64,000 bases of DNA from Oscillospiraceae bacterium (lineage in GTDB: Bacteria; Bacillota; Clostridia; Oscillospirales; Oscillospiraceae), in contig JAFQNL010000035.1 in assembly GCA_017395935.1 (NCBI GenBank), positions 289-64,288 of the forward strand, given 5' to 3'. Of the stretch, positions 9,719 through 18,188 are shown one piece after another. The notes beneath the pieces were generated by a model that worked only from the letters and a program-made list of their open reading frames with translations, was not told the DNA's origin and made no database searches. Made by a program: the position numbers and the translations under genes. Position 1 is the stretch's first letter, and every line of letters starts with the position of its first letter.

Positions 9719-12199
9719 TTAGTCCAGCGCGCTGCTGTCGGCGTCGGCAGCCTCGGGATCGCTGAAACGGATGGTGATCGTCCGGCCCCGCTGGATTTCC
9801 TTTCCGGCATCCACGCCCTGCTCGGTGCAGACGGTTGTGCTGGTATAGAAACCGGAGGTGCCGGTGGCGTTCATAAACAGGCCCACTTTATTCAGCGCCT
9901 CCATCGCCTCTTCCGGATCCTTTCCGATCAGGTTGGGCATGATAGCAGGCTCAGTGGGTACCTCCTCACCCATGTAGAGGATGACCGTACTGTTCTGGGG
10001 CACATAGTTGCCAGCCGAGGGAATCTGGCCGGTAATGGTGTCGCCGGAGCCCACCACACGGTAGTGGAGCTTCTTCTCGTCCAGTTTGAGCTCGGCCTCA
10101 GCCTCGGTCATGCCGGAGAGATCGGGCATGGCAGTCATTGCGCCCGTCAGGTCGTCAGAGCTGAACTCCTTGGTATGGCCACGATAGTCCAGAACCTCAG
10201 CGATCAGTTCGCCAGCCACAGGAGCGGCCATCTGGCCGCCGTAGACCGAGTAACCGGCCGCCGTACTGGAGCTGCCCTCGCCGGAGACCTTGGGGCGGTC
10301 AAACATAACCAGAGCGATAATATCCGGGTCATTGGCCGGAGCAAAGCCCACAAAGGAGACGATATACTCGTCGTCCACCAGAGTCTGAGAGGTACCCGTC
10401 TTTCCGCCAATCCGGCAGCCGGGCATATAGGCCTGCTTACCGGTATACTTGGCCACGACACCCTCCAGAATCTCGGTGCAGCGCTCGCTGGTAGCTTCGC
10501 TGATCACCTGGCGAACAGGAGTGGTGTCTGCCTCAAAGATGGTATTGCCCTCCGAGTCGGTCACCGTCTCCACCACATAGGGGGTACGCAGATAGCCGCC
10601 GTTGACCACTGCGTTGAAGGCGGTAATCAGCTGGATGGGAGTCACATTGAAGCGCTGGCCAAAGGAAGCGGTGGCCAGATTGACAATACCGAAGTCTTCA
10701 TAGTCCCAGAAGTAGCTGGAGCCCTCGTAGGGCAGGTCGATACCGGTGGGATCCATCAGACCGAAGGCATAGAGGTAGTCGTAGAAGGTTTCCCGTCCCA
10801 GCTTCTGGCCAATGGTAATAAAGGCAGGGTTACAGGAGTGACCCACAGCCTCCTCCAGATTCTGCACACCGTGGCCATAGCGGGCGGTACAACGGATGGG
10901 CTCTTCCCAGTCGCCTACAAAGACCTGACCGGAGCAGTCAAAGGTCATATCGTCGCTGATAACGCCCTCTTCCAGAGCGGCAGCCAGCACCATAGCCTTG
11001 AAGGTAGAGCCGGGCTCGTAGGTCTCGGTAATCGCCTTGTTGGTCCAGAGGGAGTAGAGGGCATCAGCATAGAGCTGCTGATAGGCGGTGTCATAGTCCA
11101 GAGGCGTTTTTTCCTCCTCGGTGAGCTCCCGTTCCTCCGCCTCGGCCAGCTCGATAGCGGCCTTGACCGCCTCCTCCGAGGCCTCTACCTGCTCCCGTGC
11201 CTCCTCGTCCAGCTGCTCGAGCAGGATGGGATCGGAGATCACGCTGTACTCGTTCAGATCAAAGGTGGGAGACTGAGCCATGCCCAGAATAGCGCCGGTA
11301 TCGCACTCCATGACGATCATCAGACCGCCGTTCTGGCACTCGTACTTCTCCGTATATTCCTCCAGATAGCTCTCGCAGTAGCTCTGGATGGTGGGATCAA
11401 TGGTCAGATAGTAATTATCGCCATTCTGGGCGTCATAGTAGTCCTGGAAAAAATTCATCAGGTCGGTACCGGCGCCGTTCTGGGCGGTAACGGTAAGACC
11501 CGCCTTGCCGGACAGCTGCTCCTCGTAGAGCGCTTCCAGACCGTAGGCGCCGCCGCTGTCATTGGTAAAGCCGATAATGGAGGCTGCCATAGAACCATAG
11601 GGATAGTAACGGCGGGTATTTTCCTGAAGGTAGACGCAGCCGGAAACCTTGGAGGAGTCGATAAAGGTACGCACCTCTTCCTCCGTCTCCCGGTCCAGCT
11701 TGACAGCGATACGCTTATACTGGCTGTTGGTGTCCTGACACTTTTCCCGCAGCTCACCCTCGTCCAGATCCAGGATGGCAGCCAGATTGGTGCAGACGGC
11801 ATCCTCCACGTTCCAGTCATAGGGGGAGGTATCGCCCTCCTTCTCGATGGCCCGGGCCAACTTTTCGTCCATATCCTGCTGCTTTTCCACAATGGCCTTG
11901 GGGGAGATGATTACGTCGTAGACGGTAGAGCTGATGGCCAGCACATTGCCGTCGGTGGTGTAAATAGTGCCCCGGCTGGAGGATACGGTAAGCTTGGAGG
12001 TCTGCTGCTGAACAGCCATCTCCTCCAGCTCGTCGTGACGGACGATCTGGAGCTGGAAGAGCTGCAGAATCAGGGGGATAAAGATAAGAACGCCGAAGAG
12101 GATCATCAGAATGATAGATCGGCTGAGCACCTGCCGGTTTGCCGCTCTGCTGGCTTCGCGAAGTTTACGTTCGTTGTTCACTGTGTCACTGCCTTTCAT
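9719..12199 (-). CDS. Class B penicillin-binding protein (FtsI/SpoVD-type) with two C-terminal PASTA domains
   Basis: 826 aa. N-terminal TM, SxxK (GSTFK), SxN-like and KTGT motifs, then two PASTA-like repeats at the C-terminus. Confidence 0.93.
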   Translation of the reverse strand: MKGSDTVNNERKLREASRAANRQVLSRSIILMILFGVLIFIPLILQLFQLQIVRHDELEEMAVQQQTSKLTVSSSRGTIYTTDGNVLAISSTVYDVIISPKAIVEKQQDMDEKLARAIEKEGDTSPYDWNVEDAVCTNLAAILDLDEGELREKCQDTNSQYKRIAVKLDRETEEEVRTFIDSSKVSGCVYLQENTRRYYPYGSMAASIIGFTNDSGGAYGLEALYEEQLSGKAGLTVTAQNGAGTDLMNFFQDYYDAQNGDNYYLTIDPTIQSYCESYLEEYTEKYECQNGGLMIVMECDTGAILGMAQSPTFDLNEYSVISDPILLEQLDEEAREQVEASEEAVKAAIELAEAEERELTEEEKTPLDYDTAYQQLYADALYSLWTNKAITETYEPGSTFKAMVLAAALEEGVISDDMTFDCSGQVFVGDWEEPIRCTARYGHGVQNLEEAVGHSCNPAFITIGQKLGRETFYDYLYAFGLMDPTGIDLPYEGSSYFWDYEDFGIVNLATASFGQRFNVTPIQLITAFNAVVNGGYLRTPYVVETVTDSEGNTIFEADTTPVRQVISEATSERCTEILEGVVAKYTGKQAYMPGCRIGGKTGTSQTLVDDEYIVSFVGFAPANDPDIIALVMFDRPKVSGEGSSSTAAGYSVYGGQMAAPVAGELIAEVLDYRGHTKEFSSDDLTGAMTAMPDLSGMTEAEAELKLDEKKLHYRVVGSGDTITGQIPSAGNYVPQNSTVILYMGEEVPTEPAIMPNLIGKDPEEAMEALNKVGLFMNATGTSGFYTSTTVCTEQGVDAGKEIQRGRTITIRFSDPEAADADSSALD

Positions 12200-12314
12200 G
12201 ACGGTGGGGAAATGGGATAAAAAGGGCGCAAGAAAACGAATTCTTTTCTTACGCCCTCATTTCATTCTCTTTTGCCTCTCTCTTCGCCTTCAAACTATGT
12301 ATGCAGGGCTGAGA

Positions 12315-12848
12315 TTATGACAGGAGGGAGTTCCAGAACTCCTTGAGACTGCCCAGCAGTCCTCCGCTGCCGTCTTCGCCGTGGAGCACTGCGTTGTCCG
12401 GCTCGGACAGGTCCACATAGACCTTCTGATCGCTGGTGGCCTCGGTCAGATCGGTGCCGGAGGCCAGAACGGCAGACTCCAGAGCAGCCCGGTCAAAGAC
12501 TTCCTCATACTGTGCCAGAAGATCAATCTCCTCTTCCTGAAGAGCGCTGAGCTCCTGACGGGCCACTACAGTGTCGGCATAGATGCCGTCCAGTTCCACG
12601 TAGCCCATAATGATCAGCACAGCCATAAACGCCACGCAGGCAAGGGCAATAACGGGGAAGATACTGTACTCCTCGCGGGCCCGTACATTGACCCGAATAC
12701 GGGCCTGTACATCCTCGCGAGTGGTATTTCTGGGCTTGACCAGAGGCAGCTCATGGAGCCGGGGGCCATTCTCCCGCCGTTTCCGGGGAGAAGGAGCTGC
12801 CTGGGTCTCGTAGGCGAGATTCTCTTTTCTCAGTGCGCTTGCTGCCAT
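12315..12848 (-). CDS. FtsL-like bitopic cell division protein (assigned by position and architecture)
   Basis: 177 aa. Single TM (IFPVIALACVAFMAVLIIMGY) followed by a coiled-coil ARQELSALQEEEIDLLAQYEE. Lies between rsmH and pbp. Confidence 0.55.
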   Translation of the reverse strand: MAASALRKENLAYETQAAPSPRKRRENGPRLHELPLVKPRNTTREDVQARIRVNVRAREEYSIFPVIALACVAFMAVLIIMGYVELDGIYADTVVARQELSALQEEEIDLLAQYEEVFDRAALESAVLASGTDLTEATSDQKVYVDLSEPDNAVLHGEDGSGGLLGSLKEFWNSLLS

Positions 12849-12888
12849 ATTTGTGGCTCCTTATCAGAATAGTATCGGTACACTTCCC

Positions 12889-13824
12889 TCAGCAGCGCTC
12901 ACAGACGCGCAGCTTGGCGCTTCTGGCTCTGGGATTCTCTTCCAGTTCAGCCTTGGAGGGGAGGATGGGTTTTCTGGGACTCAGGCGGACCTTAGGCTGG
13001 TTTCCGCAGACACAGACCGGGAACTCAGGAGGGCAGGTACAGCCCCGGGCAGCCTGAGCCATGGCGGTCTTGACGATTCGGTCTTCCAGCGAGTGGAAGG
13101 AGATAACGCAGAGCCGTCCGCCGGGATTGAGCCGGTCGATGACCGCCTCCATAGTATCGGCGATAGCGCCCAGCTCATCGTTGACGGCAATGCGCAGCGC
13201 CTGAAAGCTGCGCTTGGCGGGATGCTGCTTTTCCCGCAGCGCCTGAGGGGGCATGGCAGAGCGAATCACCTCTACCAGCTCCAGCGTGGTCTCAATCGGC
13301 CGCTGCTCTCTTCTCCGGCAGATCGCAGAGGCGATCCGGGGAGAATAGCGCTCCTCGCCATAACGGCTGAGAATAAGACGCAGCTCCTCTTCACCGTAGG
13401 TATTGACCACCTCGGCGGCGGTCAGCGACTGGGTCTGATCCATGCGCATATCCAGCGGAGCGTCCTGCATATAGGAGAAGCCCCGGCTGCCGTCGTCCAG
13501 CTGGGGAGAGGAGACACCCAGATCCAGCAGAACGCCGTCCACACCGGCCAGACCCATGCTGTCGAGAATCCGGGGGATATTGCGGAAGTTATCGTGGACC
13601 AGCGTCACCTTGTCAAGGTACTCTCCGAAGCGGCGGGGCGCTGCCTCCAAAGCGGCAAGGTCCTGATCAATGCCGATCAACCGGCCGGTAGTCAGCCGGG
13701 CAGCCACCTCACGGGCATGGCCGGCTCGACCAAGTGTGCCGTCGATATAGACGCCTTCAGGGCGGATATTCAGGCCCTGCAGGCATTCCTCCAGCAGGAC
13801 GGAGCGATGAGTAAATTCAGCCAT
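12889..13824 (-). CDS. rsmH: 16S rRNA m4C1402 methyltransferase RsmH (MraW)
   Basis: 311 aa. HRSVLLEECL...YIDGTLGRAGH...DLGVSSPQLD motifs. Confidence 0.96.
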   Translation of the reverse strand: MAEFTHRSVLLEECLQGLNIRPEGVYIDGTLGRAGHAREVAARLTTGRLIGIDQDLAALEAAPRRFGEYLDKVTLVHDNFRNIPRILDSMGLAGVDGVLLDLGVSSPQLDDGSRGFSYMQDAPLDMRMDQTQSLTAAEVVNTYGEEELRLILSRYGEERYSPRIASAICRRREQRPIETTLELVEVIRSAMPPQALREKQHPAKRSFQALRIAVNDELGAIADTMEAVIDRLNPGGRLCVISFHSLEDRIVKTAMAQAARGCTCPPEFPVCVCGNQPKVRLSPRKPILPSKAELEENPRARSAKLRVCERC

Positions 13825-13893
13825 AGATGGAGCCGCGCCGCCTTTCTGCCGGAAGATACAGTCTCTCAGACTGCCAGCGTACTCTTGCTAATC

Positions 13894-13922
13894 AGTATAA
13901 TTGTTTTGTATCAAAATTGCAA
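13894..13922 (-). promoter_or_regulatory. Candidate sigma-A promoter for the dcw operon
   Basis: On the - strand: TTGCAA-17 nt-TATACT, about 70 nt upstream of the rsmH ATG. Confidence 0.4.
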
Positions 13923-14100
13923 CCCCTTGTAACCAATCTTAATACAAAATTCTGACCTGTTTTTCCGTGAAAATCGGTAATTTTTAGGAGCATTTTGCTC
14001 AATTCACCGCTTCCCGGTTCTGTTTTTTCTATATAACGGCCAGTTTGGGGCAAAATCAGGGAGCGATTATGTAAATGGCTTTATGACAGGAGGAGGGAAA

Positions 14101-14135
14101 AGAGAAAAACAGCCGACGACTACTCATCGGCTGTC
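14101..14135 (-). terminator. Terminator after the 171-aa coiled-coil gene
   Basis: cagccga-N10-tcggctg hairpin with an A-run on the + strand (T-run on the - strand). Confidence 0.5.
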
Positions 14136-14155
14136 TTCAGGTTCTGATCCGGACC

Positions 14156-14671
14156 TCAAATCTCTTCCTTGGCAGCGTCGTAGGCCACGGCCCGGGTAAC
14201 GGGACGGGCGCCGGTGCTCATACCGGCCACGGAGCGGAACTTGGACCGGGACTGGCGGATCTCATTAAGAGCCACGTTAACAGCGTCCTCTGTCCGGCGC
14301 AGAGCGTCCTCGCAGTAGCCGTTGGCAGCCCGCTTCAGATCCTCAGCCCGCTTTTCTGCCTGAGCGGTAACGGCGGCAGCCTCAGCCCGGGCCTGACGGA
14401 CGATCTCATGCTCATCGACCATACGGCGGGCCTTGTCAGAGGCCTGCTGACACATATGCTCGGCGTCGGCCTTGGCCTTATCCAGCACTTCATCCCGCTT
14501 GCTCAGCAGTTCCTTTGCCGCGCCCAGCTCGGCGGGGAACTTGTTTCTAATCTCGTCCAGCAGATCCAGCGCATCGTCGCGGTTGATGCGACAGGTGCCG
14601 CCCAGACCGCCCTTAGCGTCGTCGATCATGCGATACAGCATATCCAGCAGTTCGATTACTCCATTTGCCAT
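14156..14671 (-). CDS. Conserved coiled-coil protein of unknown function (ATPase subunit b/H-like heptads)
   Basis: 171 aa, almost entirely Ala/Glu/Lys/Arg-rich helix. Last gene of the rsmD-coaD run. No catalytic motif seen. Confidence 0.6.
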   Translation of the reverse strand: MANGVIELLDMLYRMIDDAKGGLGGTCRINRDDALDLLDEIRNKFPAELGAAKELLSKRDEVLDKAKADAEHMCQQASDKARRMVDEHEIVRQARAEAAAVTAQAEKRAEDLKRAANGYCEDALRRTEDAVNVALNEIRQSRSKFRSVAGMSTGARPVTRAVAYDAAKEEI

Positions 14672-14707
14672 AGGGGTACCATCCTTTTCTATATTCCACG
14701 AGTGAAC

Positions 14708-15199
14708 TCAGCGGCCAAGCCGCTCGTCCATCTTTGCCTGTACTTCTTCTGCGATCTCCGCCGGGACAAAGGCGTCCAGCGGTACCTGATACATAGCCAA
14801 CTCCTTCGTGATGCTGGAGCTCAGGTAGGTGTAGTTCTGGCGGGAGGGAAGGAAAATGGTCTCCAGACCGGGGTTGAGTTTCCGGTTAATGATGGCCATC
14901 TGGAACTCCTTCTCAAAATCGGACATGGCCCGTAGTCCCTTGACCAGACAGGTGGCGCCGCGGCGCTTGGCATAGTGGGCCAGCAGCTCATTGGACGAGT
15001 CGATCTCCACGTTAGGGATATCCCGGGTCACCCGGCGGAGCATATCCACCCGCTCGGGATGGTCAAAAAGACCGTTCTTCTCCGAGTTGACCATCACACA
15101 GACGATCACCTTGTCAAACTGGGCGGCAGCCCGCTTGATAATATCCAGATGACCCTTGGTCACCGGATCGAAGCTGCCCGGGTAGATAGCGACACTCAT
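14708..15199 (-). CDS. coaD: Phosphopantetheine adenylyltransferase
   Basis: 163 aa. AIYPGSFDPVTKGHLDII (HxGH nucleotidyltransferase motif). Confidence 0.96.
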   Translation of the reverse strand: MSVAIYPGSFDPVTKGHLDIIKRAAAQFDKVIVCVMVNSEKNGLFDHPERVDMLRRVTRDIPNVEIDSSNELLAHYAKRRGATCLVKGLRAMSDFEKEFQMAIINRKLNPGLETIFLPSRQNYTYLSSSITKELAMYQVPLDAFVPAEIAEEVQAKMDERLGR

Positions 15200-15750
15200 G
15201 TTTCAGAACCTTCCTTTCGATACAGCGTGAGCTTGATCTTGCCGTAACGGTTCACCCGGCTCTTATAGTAAGGGGCGGGCAGGTCGGGCAGGTCCTTTTC
15301 CACTCTGCTTTCACAGATGATTATACCATTGTCCGACAGAATGTCAATCTCAGTGATCGTTTTTAGGGCCTTATCAAGCAAATCGGTATCATATGGGGGA
15401 TCAAGGAAGATCAGGTGGTAGCGCTCTTTCCGGCGGCGGAGTTCCTTGAGCGAGTCACCCAGAATAACCTGAGCATTTTTCTCAAGGCCGGTATCCCGGA
15501 GATTTTTCCGCACCAGCGCCACAGCGTCCCGTCGCTGGTCCATAAAGGTGCAGCTGGCCGCTCCACGGCTCAGGCACTCGATACCCAGTTGGCCGGTGCC
15601 GGCAAAGACATCCAGCACCCGTCTGCCCTCGATATCAAACTGGATCATATTAAACAGGCCTTCTTTAACCCGGTCAGTGGTGGGTCGGGTCTCCAGACCT
15701 TCCAGCTCTCCCAGCCGCTTACCCCGGGCCGTTCCTGTAATCACTCTCAT
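15196..15750 (-). CDS. rsmD: 16S rRNA m2G966 methyltransferase RsmD
   Basis: MRVITGTARGKRL start; DVFAGTGQLGIE SAM motif; FLDPPY motif. The track ORF is extended 17 codons into uvrC. Confidence 0.92.
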   Translation of the reverse strand: MRVITGTARGKRLGELEGLETRPTTDRVKEGLFNMIQFDIEGRRVLDVFAGTGQLGIECLSRGAASCTFMDQRRDAVALVRKNLRDTGLEKNAQVILGDSLKELRRRKERYHLIFLDPPYDTDLLDKALKTITEIDILSDNGIIICESRVEKDLPDLPAPYYKSRVNRYGKIKLTLYRKEGSET

Positions 15751-17597
15751 CCTTCTTCTCCTCTCTCCCGGTCCCCTTCCCCGGAATGGAACCAGTGCCA
15801 CACGTTTCTGGCAGCAGCCTTGCCCACCACCCCGGCCAGTTGGCTCTCGGTAGCTCCGCGAATGGCCTTCATGGTCTTAAACTGCTTCATCAGCGCCTTG
15901 CGTCTTGCCTGACCCACGCCGGGAATCTGCTCCAGAGCGGAGGCTACCGTCTGTTTGGCGTGGCTCTCTCGATGGAAGGTAATCGCAAAGCGGTGGGTCT
16001 CCTCCTGAATCCGGCCGATCAGGCTGAAAAGAGCCTGATTCTGCTGGATACCGATCTCCTCGCCGGTGGGGGCGACCAGCGCCCGGGTCCGGTGCCGGTC
16101 GTCCTTGACCATACCGAAGACAGGCACCCTCAGTTCCAGCTCCTCCAGCACCCGGAGAGCCACCTTGACCTGACCCTGACCTCCGTCCATGAGGATCAGA
16201 TCGGGCAGGGAGGAGAACTTCTCGTCCTCCTCCAGATAGCGCCGAAACCGGCGCGTGAGCACCTGTTCCATGGAGGCGTAGTCATCCGGATGCTCCATGT
16301 CCCGGAGCTTAAAGCGGCGGTAATCCTTTTTCAGCGGCTTTCCGCCCTGAAAGACGGTCATGGAGGCCACAATATTGCTTGCCCCGGTATTGGAGATATC
16401 GTAGGCCTCAATTCGGTCCGGCGTCCCTTCCAGCCCCAGCGTCCTGCCCAGCAGCTCCATGAGTTTGCTCTGGCGCTCCTCGGCGGTGGTCACCCGCTCG
16501 GCCTCATCCATGGCCGTCCGCTGGGCCAGCTGGATCAGATTGACCCGGTCCCCCCGTTTGGGCACGGCAAGGGCCACCTTTCGCTCTGCCTTTTGGCTCA
16601 GCAAGCTCTGCAGCTCCTCCAGATCCTCAAAAGATCGGGGCAGCAGGATCTCTCTGGGCAGCGCCGATCGGTTCAGATAATACTGTTTGACCAGGGCGGA
16701 GACAATCTCCTCCGTCTCCTCCTCCAGCGGCGTGGTCAACACCTCGGTATCCCGGTCAGTCAGTGAGCCGGAGAGGTAGTGTAGGACTACAAAGCAGCTC
16801 TTTGCCTCTCCCCGGTAGAAGCCCACCACATCGGTATCCGCCCGGGAGGCGGCTACCACCTGCTGGCGCTTGCCCAGCAGTTCAATGGCTCCAAGCCGGT
16901 CCCGATACTCAGCTGCCGCCTCAAAGCGCAGCTCTTCCGAAGCCTTGAGCATCTGCTCCCGGAGTTCCTGCTCCACCTGATTGAACTTGCCCTCCAGTAG
17001 CCGGACCGCCTGATAGATTCGTTCCCGATATTCCGCCTGCGTCAGTTTGCCCTGACACCAGCCGTCACAGAGATTCAGATGATGGTTCAGGCAGGGCCGT
17101 TCCTTGTTCAAATCCCGCGGGAACTGTCTCCGGCAGGTGGGCAGCCGCAAGGCGTTACAGATTGCTTTAATGGCCTCTGCCGTAGCGCTCCGGCCTCCGT
17201 AGGGGCCAAAATATCTGGCCTCATCCTTGGCCGGCTTGGAGACCATAGAAAAGCGGGGATAATCCTCGTTCCAGCTAAGACGAATATAGGGGTATCCCTT
17301 ATCATCCTTGAGCAGAATATTATAGTGGGGTTTATGGCGCTTGATCAGAGAGTTTTCCAGTACCAGCGCCTCAAACTCGCTGGAAGCCAGCAGATAGTCA
17401 AAGTGGTCGATCTGGCTGACCATAGCCCGGGTCTTGGCGTTATGGCTGGCAAGGTCGGCAAAATATTGGCTTACCCGGTTTTTAAGTGCCCGGCTCTTGC
17501 CCACATAGATAACCTGACCAGTCTTGTCCATCATAATATACACGCCGGGGCCCAGAGGCAGAGAGTGGGCCTTCTGTTTCAGTTCTTCCTTTGTCAT
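15747..17597 (-). CDS. uvrC: Excinuclease ABC subunit C
   Basis: 616 aa. GIY-YIG N-terminus (GVYIMMDKTGQVIYVGKS), UvrBC domain, C-terminal HhH. Confidence 0.97.
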   Translation of the reverse strand: MTKEELKQKAHSLPLGPGVYIMMDKTGQVIYVGKSRALKNRVSQYFADLASHNAKTRAMVSQIDHFDYLLASSEFEALVLENSLIKRHKPHYNILLKDDKGYPYIRLSWNEDYPRFSMVSKPAKDEARYFGPYGGRSATAEAIKAICNALRLPTCRRQFPRDLNKERPCLNHHLNLCDGWCQGKLTQAEYRERIYQAVRLLEGKFNQVEQELREQMLKASEELRFEAAAEYRDRLGAIELLGKRQQVVAASRADTDVVGFYRGEAKSCFVVLHYLSGSLTDRDTEVLTTPLEEETEEIVSALVKQYYLNRSALPREILLPRSFEDLEELQSLLSQKAERKVALAVPKRGDRVNLIQLAQRTAMDEAERVTTAEERQSKLMELLGRTLGLEGTPDRIEAYDISNTGASNIVASMTVFQGGKPLKKDYRRFKLRDMEHPDDYASMEQVLTRRFRRYLEEDEKFSSLPDLILMDGGQGQVKVALRVLEELELRVPVFGMVKDDRHRTRALVAPTGEEIGIQQNQALFSLIGRIQEETHRFAITFHRESHAKQTVASALEQIPGVGQARRKALMKQFKTMKAIRGATESQLAGVVGKAAARNVWHWFHSGEGDRERGEEG

Positions 17598-17688
17598 GAG
17601 GCCGCTCCCTCCTTTCCGGTTGTTTCCTTTCCCCGCTGCTCAGTTATCCCGGGTTTTCCCTTCTTGTTCCGCTTTTCCCGCGTATGGC

Positions 17689-17722
17689 GAAAAGAGCACC
17701 GCATAGCGGTGCTCTTTCTGTT
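17689..17722 (-). terminator. Hairpin between the HPr-like gene and uvrC
   Basis: agagcaccgc-ata-gcggtgctct perfect stem. The U-tract on the - strand is weak. Confidence 0.45.
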
Positions 17723-17734
17723 TCTCATTTGGCT

Positions 17735-17998
17735 TTAGTGGGACAGGCCATTGGCCAGCAGATCCACCAGACTGTCGATGGCCTCTGCCTCGTCCACGCC
17801 ATCAGCGATCAGGTTGATAGCGGTGCCCTGAACGACGCCCAGAGACAGAACGCCCAGCAGGCTCTTGGCGTTAACCCGACGCTCATCCTTTTCCATCCAG
17901 ATGGAGCACTTGAATTCATTGGCCTTCTGGATAAAAAAAGTAGCGGGGCGAGCGTACAGACCCACCTGATTGTTGACTACAGCTTCTTTCACGGTCAT
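17735..17998 (-). CDS. HPr-family phosphocarrier-like protein lacking His15 (Crh-like)
   Basis: 87 aa. NQVGLYARPA where HPr has GLHARPA. The Ser46 region NAKSLLGVLSLG is intact. Confidence 0.85.
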   Translation of the reverse strand: MTVKEAVVNNQVGLYARPATFFIQKANEFKCSIWMEKDERRVNAKSLLGVLSLGVVQGTAINLIADGVDEAEAIDSLVDLLANGLSH

Positions 17999-18188
17999 TA
18001 CAATACCCCCAAGACACTGTCCGTGTTGATACCTTATATTAGCAGATTCTTTCCGCCGCCGTCAACGTCATTTTTACCAAATTTCCTTCCGATTATCTTC
18101 TCAAAAGAATCTTTTCATCGGCAATGACACCGAAAGTCTTGGTTTTAAGGCAAATTTTCCAAAAGTTTGCTGCCGATTCTCTGTCAAG

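Noticed and set aside
9713-12220. 835-aa ORF on the + strand exactly antisense to the 826-aa PBP gene.
   Set aside because: Its sequence is low-complexity and rich in Gly/Ala/Leu/Val/His with no motifs. The opposite strand has unambiguous PBP motifs. Long stop-free antisense frames are expected in GC3-rich genes.
13825-14155. Looked for mraZ, or MraZ-binding repeats, upstream of rsmH.
   Set aside because: There is no ORF of suitable size in any frame and no obvious repeated GTGGG-type boxes. Only a promoter-like element and a terminator are present.
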